Shown here piece by piece: positions 1 to 10,700 of a stretch of DNA of 42,137 nucleotides; position 1 is the stretch's first letter; each line of letters starts with the position of its first letter. A model generated the notes under the pieces. The model did not search any database, was not told the origin of the DNA, and saw nothing but the letters and a program-made list of their open reading frames with translations. The translations under genes were made by a program, and so were the position numbers. The DNA is from a virus (lineage: Duplodnaviria; Heunggongvirae; Uroviricota; Caudoviricetes): the IMG/VR virus record IMGVR_UViG_3300022468_000500; one strand, written 5' to 3'.

Positions 1-792
1 GCTGCATGGTCAGAAGAAACTACTCACGCAACAGTAGTAGCTACTAACTCTCAGGCTCACCAACTTGTTAAGTTTGGTCTAATTATCGTTATTGACGGCG
101 TTTCATACGTTATCGATAACTGCGCTCTTGATACCGCAACAGTTGACTTCGGTCTAGATGCTATCTCTATGGTAGCCTGGGCTGGTAAGGGTAGTATTCT
201 ACGTCAGATCGCTGGTCTAACAGCTACGACAGGTGCTACAGTAACGTTCGGTGGTGGTACTCTGGTAGGTACAGCACTAGGCAAGAATACTCTAGCCGCT
301 TATATCGCTAACAAGCTAAGCACTTTAACGGTTAAGAAGGAAATTGATGGTACAGGTACTGAGTACACTGTAGCTATTACTGGTGGTAGCTTAACTATTG
401 CCAATAACATCACTTACCTAACACCTGCTAACCTAGGTGTTGTAAACCGTCCGATTACGTATTTCACAGGCGTACGTGCTGTAAGTGGTAGTATTAACGC
501 GTATCTACGTGCAGGTTCTACTAATACTGCTGGTCTACTAGCAGATATGTTAGCAGGTAGTACTTCAGACGTTGACCCTGCTTTCTACGTACAGCTAGAA
601 ATGGGTGGTCGTACAAATGCTACTCGTGTAGAATTTGAAATGCCAGCTACTGTGCTAACAATCCCTTCTGTAAGTACGGAACAGGTTGTATCTACAACTA
701 TTAACTTCACTGCCCAAGGTAGCGCTACTGGTGCTTTCGAAATTGGTTCAGCAAACGAAGTTGAAATTCGTTATTACACAACTAACGTTTAA
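1..792 (+). CDS. Major tail tube protein (T5 pb6-like), 5'-truncated by window edge
   Basis: Frame is open from position 1 (AAWSEETTH...), so the ORF-track start at 169 is internal. The tube-like C-terminus (VSGSINAYLR...VSTTINFTAQG) lies directly upstream of the chaperone pair and tape measure gene, as in T5. Confidence 0.85.
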   Translation, partial: AAWSEETTHATVVATNSQAHQLVKFGLIIVIDGVSYVIDNCALDTATVDFGLDAISMVAWAGKGSILRQIAGLTATTGATVTFGGGTLVGTALGKNTLAAYIANKLSTLTVKKEIDGTGTEYTVAITGGSLTIANNITYLTPANLGVVNRPITYFTGVRAVSGSINAYLRAGSTNTAGLLADMLAGSTSDVDPAFYVQLEMGGRTNATRVEFEMPATVLTIPSVSTEQVVSTTINFTAQGSATGAFEIGSANEVEIRYYTTNV

Positions 793-804
793 TTAACGTT
801 TTCC

Positions 805-833
805 GGACCGGGCTGATCACCGGTCCTCTTTTT
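805..833 (+). terminator. Rho-independent terminator after tail tube gene
   Basis: GGACCGG (805-811) pairs with CCGGTCC (820-826), followed by TCTTTTT. Confidence 0.75.
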
Positions 834-866
834 CTCCTTCCATCAAAATAATTAAAGGATTTTTCC

Positions 867-1277
867 ATGACTACTCTTTCACTAAAGTCACTACTTGTAC
901 CTTCTAAGGCTCTAGAAGTTGAATACCCAGGCATGCCTGATTTCAAGATTCAACTATCTTTCCTATCACGTGAAACGCTACAAAGCATTCGTAAGAAGGC
1001 TACGCGTACCACATTCAAGAATCGTCAACCAGTTGATGAACTAAATGACGAATTATTCCTAGAGCTATACGTTAAGGCGGCTGTGAAGGGATGGAGTGGT
1101 CTAAAGTTGTCTTATCTAGAACTACTAGCCCCAGTAGACCTTGGTGGCGCTAATCTAGATGCAGAACTAGAATACAGTGAAGAAAATGCACTGTACCTAA
1201 TGAAGAATTCTACTAATTTTGATTCGTTCGTAAGCGATCAAGTTACTGATCTAGCAAATTTTTCAACGAGCAAATAA
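867..1277 (+). CDS. Tail assembly chaperone (lambda gpG-equivalent)
   Basis: 136 aa, located between tube and tape measure genes, with SD AAGGA. Ends just after a slippery heptamer. Confidence 0.85.
   Translation: MTTLSLKSLLVPSKALEVEYPGMPDFKIQLSFLSRETLQSIRKKATRTTFKNRQPVDELNDELFLELYVKAAVKGWSGLKLSYLELLAPVDLGGANLDAELEYSEENALYLMKNSTNFDSFVSDQVTDLANFSTSK
1256..1262 (+). other. -1 programmed frameshift site A-AAT-TTT (tail chaperone G/GT type)
   Basis: X-XXY-YYZ heptamer in frame with 867..1277. The -1 frame is open from 1250 to 1645, predicting a ~259-aa fusion. Confidence 0.8.
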
Positions 1278-1294
1278 GTTTAGTTGAAAGTTCA

Positions 1295-1645
1295 TTGACC
1301 AGGTATTTTCAAAACTCAGACGTAAACATGACTAAAGATGCTTACTTTGAGATGTGCGAACAACTTGGTCAAGAACCGATAGAAGATGAGATACCTATGG
1401 ATATGGCGGACTTTGATGAGTTCGTACAATTGTGCTTTACAATTTATAGGTACTTGTCCGATATCTGGGATCCTATGGGAGGCTCCTACATGGGTAAGGA
1501 CTACTCGATAGTTTTTAATCTAATGGAGACTTATTACGTAGACCATCCTGGTGATAGAGTTCTTCTACTAGAAATTCTACACATGATGGATAGTATCCGA
1601 ACTAGAATTATTAGCGAGAAGCAAAAAGCAAATAAGCACAAATAA
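1295..1645 (+). CDS. Tail assembly chaperone C-terminal part (gpT-equivalent), probably made as a frameshift fusion
   Basis: Lies in the -1 frame of the upstream chaperone, has no clear SD of its own, and immediately precedes the tape measure gene. Confidence 0.8.
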   Translation: MTRYFQNSDVNMTKDAYFEMCEQLGQEPIEDEIPMDMADFDEFVQLCFTIYRYLSDIWDPMGGSYMGKDYSIVFNLMETYYVDHPGDRVLLLEILHMMDSIRTRIISEKQKANKHK

Positions 1646-1650
1646 AACAG

Positions 1651-1685
1651 AAAGCCTCGCTACGTAACAGTAGCGAGGCTTTTTT
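1651..1685 (+). terminator. Rho-independent terminator
   Basis: AAAGCCTCGCTAC-GTAACA-GTAGCGAGGCTTT stem followed by a T tract. Confidence 0.85.
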
Positions 1686-1704
1686 GTGCATGCAAATTTT
1701 ACAC

Positions 1705-1733
1705 TTTACACGTATACCCTATTGTGTTATAAT
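1705..1733 (+). promoter_or_regulatory. Sigma70-type promoter for tape measure/tail-tip operon
   Basis: TTTACA-17 nt-TATAAT with extended -10 TG and an A/T tract upstream. Confidence 0.75.
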
Positions 1734-1798
1734 CTTGTAAAGTGAATATACTACCGTTATTTTTAGGTAGTTACCGTGTATAGCTATTAGGAGAACAA

Positions 1799-4700
1799 AT
1801 GGCCACACAAAACGTAAAAGTAGTAGTTACGGTAACAGACAATAATTCCACGAAAGCGGTAATTAAAGACGTTAACCAACTAAACGCAACAATTAAAGCA
1901 GCAAAGGCTTCAGCAGCAGGTATTATGGCAGATACAGGCGGAACTAAAGGTTCTCGTAGTGTATCTAAGCAAGCGCAACCTACTGGCTCAGAAGCAGTTA
2001 GAGATTATGGAACTAGTCGTGGCGCAGCAGGATTAACAGGTGCTAGTTCAAGAGACTTCGCAAACCAAGCACAAGGTCTTGGTGGTTTAGTACGCCTATA
2101 CGCAACGTATGCGGCTAATATCTTCGCGGTTAGTGCGGCTTTCAGAGCATTAAGTAATGCTATGGATACTACTAACATGGTTAAAGGTCTAGACCAACTA
2201 GGTACAGCTAGTGGCATGGCTCTAGGTAGCTTATCAAAGCGACTGGTAGCAGCTACTGATGGGGCAATCTCATTAAGAGAAGCGATGGAGGCCACAGCTA
2301 AAGCTAGTTCTAGTGGTATGAACTCTGAACAGATTCTTAGAATGGGTAAGGCAGCTAAGCAAGCCTCCCAAGCTCTAGGTGTCGATATGTCTGATGCCGT
2401 AAGTCGTATCAGTCGTGGTATTACAAAGCTAGAACCAGAACTATTAGACGAACTTGGTATCTTCGTAAGAGTTGATACAGTAGTAAAAGATTACGCTAAG
2501 TCAGTAGGTAAATCTGCTTCTGCAATTACCGATTTTGAAAAGCGTATGGCTTTTGCTAATGCTACGTTAACACAAGCTGAAAAGAAATTCGGTGCTATTG
2601 ATATCGAAAGTAACCCTTACACTAAGCTTAGTGCTTCCGTAAAAGACTTAACGCAATCCGGCTTAGAACTAGTTAATAAAGTGCTTACACCAGTTGTAAG
2701 CCTATTAGCTAGTAGCCCAACCTCATTAGGATTGGTTATAGCAGGTTTAGGTACTATGCTACTTAAACAAGCAATTCCTGCATTTGGACAATATCGTGCG
2801 CATCTAGATTCTTTAGCTAAAGAATCTAGCAGCAAAGTAGGTGCTATATTTCTTGAACAAGAAGAAATTCTTGCACAAGGAGACTTACGTGCAGCACAGA
2901 GAGCAGAAGCAGCATATAGAGGTTCCAGAGCTGCTATGAATTCTGTTAAAACACTGCAAGCTAACGCAGCGCAGTTTACTGATACAGTATCTAAAAAATA
3001 CAGCCAAATTGCAGCTATAGACCCATATAAAATTTCTGATAAAGAAATCGCAGCATTAGAAATGCGTGCGAAACAAATTCAAAAGATTAACGCAAACGAA
3101 GCAGCAGCATTACGTGCCCACGTAGTAGAAATCCGTAGATTACGCGGCGAAGCAGAAGCAGCAGCCTTAGCAGGCCAAGCAGCCTACGAAAAGAAAACAT
3201 CCGGTAGTTTATCTACTCAGGGACAAAATCGTATCTTATTCGATAGAGCAGCACAGCAGGCATCAGCAGCCGAAGTACGTAGCTTAGTATCGCAAAGACA
3301 AGCATTATACGGTGCTGCAGACGCTTGGAGTACGCTAAATACTGAAATAGCTAAATCCAAAGCTGGTATGCGTACGATAGATGTTATTGATCACCTAGGT
3401 GAAACAGTACAAAAAACAGTGCCCAGAACCAATGCTTTACAGAACGGTATGATGCGCTTATCAGGTGCTTTCGGTATCGTTACAGGAGCAGTTAGTAAAG
3501 CAGTATCTGCATTCCAACCATGGATACTAGTAATCTTACTAGTAGTGGAAGGTTTTGCAATACTTAACAGTATGCTGTCGAAAAATAAAAAACAGCAGGA
3601 AGAATTCGCAGGAGCGATTGAAAGATCAGCTAGTGCTACCGATACCTTTATCAAGACTATTAAGCGTTTAAACGAGCAGCCTTTTGGGGAACAGTTTAAC
3701 ACAGCTGGAATGCTTGCAAGAGCTAACGCCATTGGCGAAGTAGCAGGAGCAGTACAAGACTTAGTAAACGGAATCATTGAATTAGATAAAACAGCAGGAA
3801 CTTGGGATCGCTTCATTGACGGTTTCAAAACTGTTTGGGGCGGAGATGCTCGTTCTAAGTTTGCCGAGTCAATGACCTCTACAATTGTAGGAGCCTTAAC
3901 CCAAATAGAAGGCAGCTCAGACGCTGTTAAAGCCCGTAAGAAACTATCTGAAATTCTAGATATTGACCCTAAATTCACAGCTAATAGTTTCAACAAAGCT
4001 ATTGCTGCTGCAGCAGGCAACGCTCCGAAACTAAAAGAAATTAATGAAGTTATGAAAGAACTTGGTATAAACCAAGGCATCACAGCTTCTAAGTCTAAAG
4101 AACTAGAAGATTCTTTCAAAACAGGTAAAGACGCGTATAAAGCAGTACTAGACACATTTAAGATTAAAGACCCTATTGCAGTACTCGGGGAAAGCATGCT
4201 AGTGTCTAGCGGTAAGCTAGTAAAAGCACTAGAAGAACCTACACGAGCAATCTCAGAACTTGCAAAAATATCTAAAGACACAGATGCAATGCAACTGTTA
4301 GACCCAGCCGATGCTGCTCTTTTAGGTAAGTATGGTCAAGAACTAAACACTATTAATGCTTCTTATGAAGAACAAGCTAGTAAAATCGCTGAAGCTGAAG
4401 CAGCACTGATTAAGTATCAGGAAGAGCTAAAAAACTTCAAGGCTAGCAGCGGATATAGACCAAATGCGAGCGACGAACAAGTATCTCGCAGCGCTAAGGG
4501 CAAAGAACTAGTAGAAGCAAAGAACAAAGCAGAAACAAATCTAGCAAAGAGACAAGAAAACCTAGCAAAAACTAATAAGAGTATTGCTGAAATGGTGGCT
4601 AAGTTCCCTAACGTAGCAACTAATCAGTTTATTCGTGGTGCAGGTTTAATGTCCGATAGCATTTCAGCAGCAATCAATAAAGCCAGCTATGGTTTTAAAG

Positions 4701-7700
4701 AAGCAGTTGCTGGTTCTTTTGGTGGCATCATGGGTGCTGCAGAAATTCAAAAGAAAGTAGCTATTGATAAAATCAATTCTGATAACGCAGTTATTAATAG
4801 TCAAGCAGCTTTAATTCGTGCTACTCAAGAGAATACAGCACAAATGGCCCTAGCAACAGCTAAAGCCGAATTATTAGCAGCTAAGGAAATGGATGAACGT
4901 AGAGTTGATCGTCCTCAAGCTATTGCTACTGCACAGAAGAAGGTAGATGCAGCGCAATTTACTTTAGACGTCGTACAAGATGACCCATCTAAAGTTATCG
5001 CTAACATCAAAAAGGTTTCTAAGGCTGTTACAGAAGCAAACACTGTAAGCGCCGAAGAAGGTACTGCACTAGTGCGTTACCTAACAACACTTGGTGGAAT
5101 TGCTGCTCAGAAAATATCTAATGCTAATGCTAAGGCTGTGGCGGAATTCACTGCTGAAATCAATAAAGTAGAAGAAAGACTAAACGAAGCTAAGAAACCA
5201 GTAGTTCAAAAGATTACTACTGATAAGGCCGAGTTACAGGCTTTAGATATTCAGAAAAGTATTAATAATAACCTATCAGTAGAAGAATTAACACGTAAAC
5301 GTGTACTAAGTCTTTCTATCGCTGAAGGTGAAGAATCAGTAAAAATCTTAGAAATTAATAGCAAACTAGAAGCACTATCTATCAAAGAAGCCAACGCTAG
5401 AAAAACTGGTCTTTTAACCGTTAAAGATAAGTTAGGCGTGACACTAGCTGATGGTATTGCTAGCGAAAGAGCAACATTAGCACAAGAGAAGAAAAATGCT
5501 GCCACTGATAAAGAATTAGCAGTTCGTAAGATATCACTTGATATCGCTAATGAAATCTATCAGAAGGAAGTAGATTCTCTAAACTTAGCTAACGATATTG
5601 CCACTAAGCGTTTAGAAGCTCGCAGGCTAGTAGAGGATACAACACTAGCAATTGCACAATCTAATCTAGAAACAGCAAAAACTACGGAATTATATTCTGA
5701 TGGTTATGTAGCCAGATTAGAAGCTGAGCAAAACACTATGAAGGCTTCTTTAGATATTAATCGTGCTATGGAAGATGAAAAAGCACGATACGCTTTAGAA
5801 GTACGTTTACAACTAGCTGAATACATGAAGGCAGTTGAAACGGGAGCTGATGAAAGAACTCTACAAGCAATTCGTGATCGTATTGATGCTAACGCCGTAT
5901 TCCATGCATCTGCACTATCTGGTATTCTACAACGTGGCGAAGCAGAGCTAGCCTCATTAGAAACTATCAGAGAGCACAATATTCTATTAGCCTCTCAAGC
6001 CGAAATGATGGAGTCAATGGTTAGTATTACTACTAGCTTAGGTTCTGCATTTGGTGAAGTTGGTGACGCTATTGGTAGAGCAGGTGAAGCAATTCTAAAG
6101 TTTGCGCAGAATGATGAGAAATACTTAGCTAAAAAGAAACAATTAACAAAAGAAATCGCTAAGGCTGAAGAAGGTTCCGATAAGCAAATGGAACTAAAGA
6201 AGCAAGATGCAAAATTAGATGCTAAATTCCAAACACAACAGTTAGACGGCATTTCTGAAATTGCTGGTGAAACTAAGAAAATGTTCAAGGAAAAAACTGC
6301 AGCGCATAAAGCGTTTGCCGCAGTTGAAAGAGTAACGGCAGCTATGAGCTTAGCGCTTAAAGTGCAAGCAGCCGCAGTTGATCTAGCTTTACTACCTGGT
6401 AAAATTGCTGGTGGTATTAGTATGATGTTCTCTCAAGGTGGTTTCGCAGGTTTCGCTGGAGCAGCAGCATTCTTAGCTATTATGGCAGGTTTCGGATTCG
6501 GAGGCGGTGGAAGCATTAGCTCCCCCGGTATGGATTCAGGCAGTATTCAAGAAGTGCAAGGTACAGGTAGAGAATACCAAGACGGCCAACTAACAGATAC
6601 GCAATGGGGTGTGTTAGGTGATTTAGACGCTAAAGCTGAAGATATTTCCAAGTCTTTAGACATGGTTAGAGAGTACACTTCTTTAACTTCAGTTTATGGT
6701 CGTTCAACTAAGAAGGCTTTAGAAGCCATCGAAACTAATACAAGAACTCTAGCTGCACAAGTAGTTAAAGGAACAAATATTTCAGGTAATACTAGTGGAT
6801 TCGGAACGCTTGAAAAGAGCTCACCAGGATTCTTAGGTTTATTTGCAAGTTCTACCTCTATCATTGATAAGGGTATTCAAGTAACAGGTAAGTTCAACGA
6901 TGTGTTAAGCGGATTAGCAAACTATAAAGAATACGAAACAGTACAAAAGACAAACAGTGGTTTCCTAGGTCTAGGTAAAAGTACTAAGACTTTCCAGAAC
7001 TTTAAGGATCTTCCTAAGGAAGCGGCGGAGTCAATCCAAAGCCTATTCCAGAACATGTACACAGCTATTGTGGACAGTTCTAAAAAGCTAATGGGTAAAG
7101 CTGCAGTTGACATCAATCAAATCGTAGCCGATATGATGGTTGATTTCAAAGTTTCAGGCGAAGGTCTAAGCGGAGAAGAATTAGCAAGTGCTATTCAAGC
7201 AGAAGCTAGTGTAACGATGAATAAAATCGTTGGCACAGCATACCCTTGGTTAGACGAGTTCAGACAGCTTGGTGAAGGCTTTACTACTACATTAATTCGC
7301 ATGGCTACGACCATGGATGTAGTGAATGAAAAGTTCCGTTTACAAGGCGTTGACTTTGCTAAGTTCCTACCTGAATTAGCTGAAGCCTCACAAGCAGCAG
7401 TAGACCAAGTTAATCAAGCAATCGCAGACGCTAGAAAAGCTCGTGATGCAGTAGAAAATACTGCTGGTCGTGGCACCGCTACTACCACAGCATACGCTGG
7501 CGAAGGTGAAAATAGAGAAGTAACTACAGTAGAAGTTCAAGTGCGTAAGCCTAGCGAAAGCGAAGTACAGGCACTACTAGACGCAGATAAGAAACTTGCG
7601 GAAGCCAGACTAGCGATGGCGCGTGAGTTAGGTGACGATGTTGTGGCAATTGCTGAAGAAGTAAATGCTGCGCAAGCTGCGTACACTGAAGCTCGTTTAG

Positions 7701-10700
7701 CTATTCTTGATAATGTAACAGCTGTAGAAGATCTAGCATTAGTTGAAAGACTAATGAAAGGTGAAATTGATAAAACAAGTCAAGCATATCAAAATGCTTC
7801 TGATGAAGTAAAAGACCTATATGAAGCCAACCTAGCATTAGCTGAATCTACAGCTAAGTTAGGAGATGCACAATACAACCAAGTAGCAAGCAATCTTCGT
7901 ATTTATAATGCTTTAGTAGAACAGATGGGTGGTTTAGATGCTTTCGTTGAGAAAACTGATTTCTTCTTCGAAAACTTCTTCTCTAAGGAAGAACAGTTAG
8001 CAGCTAAGCGTACCGAAGTTAGCACAGCCTTATGGGACCTAGCTAGCGATGACACTCTAAATATTACTAATGATCAAGTACGTGAGTTAATGGCAGCCGG
8101 TGGTGACGACGCAATACGTATGTACAAGGAACTAGCGCAAGCTCAAGACCTAAGTACAGAAAGCGGCAGAGCTACTTACGCAGCATTACTAACCCTAGCT
8201 CCAGCGTTCCACGAAAGTGCTACAGCAGCACAGGAAGCAGCAAACGCTATTGCTGAGGCAGCAGCCAGAATGCGCGATAGTGCTAACGCTCTATCAGATT
8301 CTGTAGCTAGTGCACTTGCAAAACTAAATAAGAAAACAAAAGATTACACAACAACGACTACAACTACCACAGATACTACTAGTGCGTACACGCAAGGTAT
8401 GATTTCTGCAGGTAAGTCTATTCTTGACTTTATTAAGAATATTCGTACAGAAGCTGCAAAAATGGCTGGTGTAGAAGAAGCTAAAGCAATTCTTGGCTCT
8501 GATTATCGTAAGGACTATGCATTAGCCATGGCAGGTGATCTAGAAGCAAGTAAGAGAATTCCTACAAGCTCTAAAGCATACCTAGAGTCTCAGACTAAGG
8601 GTGCATCTACTACTGCTGAAGCTCGTATTGCTATGCTAACCATGGCAAATCAACTAGCTAGACTACCTGCTGTAAAAACGTATGAGCAATCAATGTTAGA
8701 ATCAACAACTAATATTGATGATAATGTTAGTGATATTGAGGACAAGTTATCTGACTTAGAGTTAGAAGGTATTAAACTTGATATTAACGCTCTTTCTAAG
8801 ATCGAGAAGTTAATTCAGTTCACGGTAGATACCAAGAGATTATCTCCTGAACTAAAAGAAATACTACTATCCGAAACACTACCAGCTCTACAACGTAATA
8901 TCGATATTATCGAATCAGCAAACGCAACAGATGTATTAAAAAATATCGCTAGACTTGCTAATACCAAGTTAATTACTGAAGTAGAATTGATTCTAACGTC
9001 AAAAGCGTCTGACCTAGTTAAGAAATTAGGTATTGGATCAATGGACCAAGTAATTAAAAATATCGATATCATTATTAACTCTAATTTAACCGAAGAACAG
9101 AAAAAATTAGTATTCGCTATTAATGAAACCGTAGCTAAAACGATCACAATGATCGTATCTACTGACAAGTTAACAGAAGATCAAAAACGTCTAGGTCTAA
9201 TGGCCACTGATGAAATTAGTAAGTCAATCTCACTAATCACTAAGTCAGACTTATCTGAAGAAGATAAGCGTTTAGCCTTCATGAATACTGAAGAACGTAC
9301 TAAAACAGTAAAACTAATCATTGAAGGTAACTTCACTGAAGATCAGAAAACACTAGCATTACAATCTACTACTGAGACGGCCAAATACATTAACCTACTA
9401 GTTAATGATATTAGTCTAACAGCTGAACAACGTAGTATGGCCTTACAAAAAGCTTACGAAATTGATAAGACCATCAATTTAATTCTTAACGATGCGGCAA
9501 TGACTCCTGAAGAACGTACTCTAGCGTTACAAGGTACTAGCATGGCAACTCGTAAGATTAACGCAATTATGCAAGACGGCAGTTTAACTGCTGAGGAGCG
9601 CCTAATTGCACTAGATGGTGTATCACAACATATTCGTAACATTGATGCGATAATGCAGGATGATTCATTATCACCAGCAGAAAAGGAATTAGCATATGCT
9701 AAGGAACTAGACGCTATTAAACGTATCAAAGTAAGAACAGAAATCGATTCAGACTCATTAAAATCAGTAGATGATATTATAAAAGATACATTAGAAAGAT
9801 TCAGTTCTACTCTAGTAGCAGTAGCCGATCCTGCAGCTCTTAAAACAGCTAAGGAACAAATCGAAGCAGCTACTTCAGATGTGTTAGCAACTATTACTCC
9901 AGAAAGTTCACCTGAGGATGTAGCAGCTGCCCGCGCAACTCTAGAAAAGCAAATGGCTGACATTGTCGCCCCTATTCTAGCAGAGTTAGACCCTGAAACA
10001 GCTAAGAAAGTAAAAGATCAATTAAATTCAGGCTTAGACGAAGTATTCGCAAGAGTACAAGTTGATATTGATGAATCCTCTGCTGCTAAAGCTAAGGATA
10101 AGTTAAGAACAGCCGCAGAAGGTATTTTAGCAAGTATCGGTGTAGATGTAGATGATGCCACTGCTGACAAAGCTAGAGGTACTATTGAAGATGCACTAAG
10201 CAATATTCAAGCAGCAATTCAAACAGAAGTTGATACAGGAAGCACTGCAGAAACTCGCCAAGCTATTCAGGACGCAATCGGTTCTGTGGTAGCAGCAGTA
10301 GGCGTAGAGGCTGATGGCACAACCTCACAAGCTGCTAGACAAGCAATTACTGATGCCGTACAAGGAATTCGCGCTTCTATAACTACAACCAGCGATGGTA
10401 CAGATATAGCAGTAAGAGATTCTATCGAAAGCACAGTAAGTGATATTTTAGCAGAAGTTGGAGTAGATACTGGTGGCTCTGAAATTGACGCAGCTAACGC
10501 AATCCGTGACGCAGTGTCAAATATTACATCTACCATTACAATCAAAACAGACGGAAGCGAAGCCAATGTGGCTGCTTCTATAGCGGAAGCTGTAAGTAAT
10601 AATACTGCTACTATTAAGGTAGTAGAATCAGGACTAGATACCTTTAATGAACTAGTTGCTGAAGCAGTTGAACCGGCTGATAAGATACTTCAAGTTGTGG

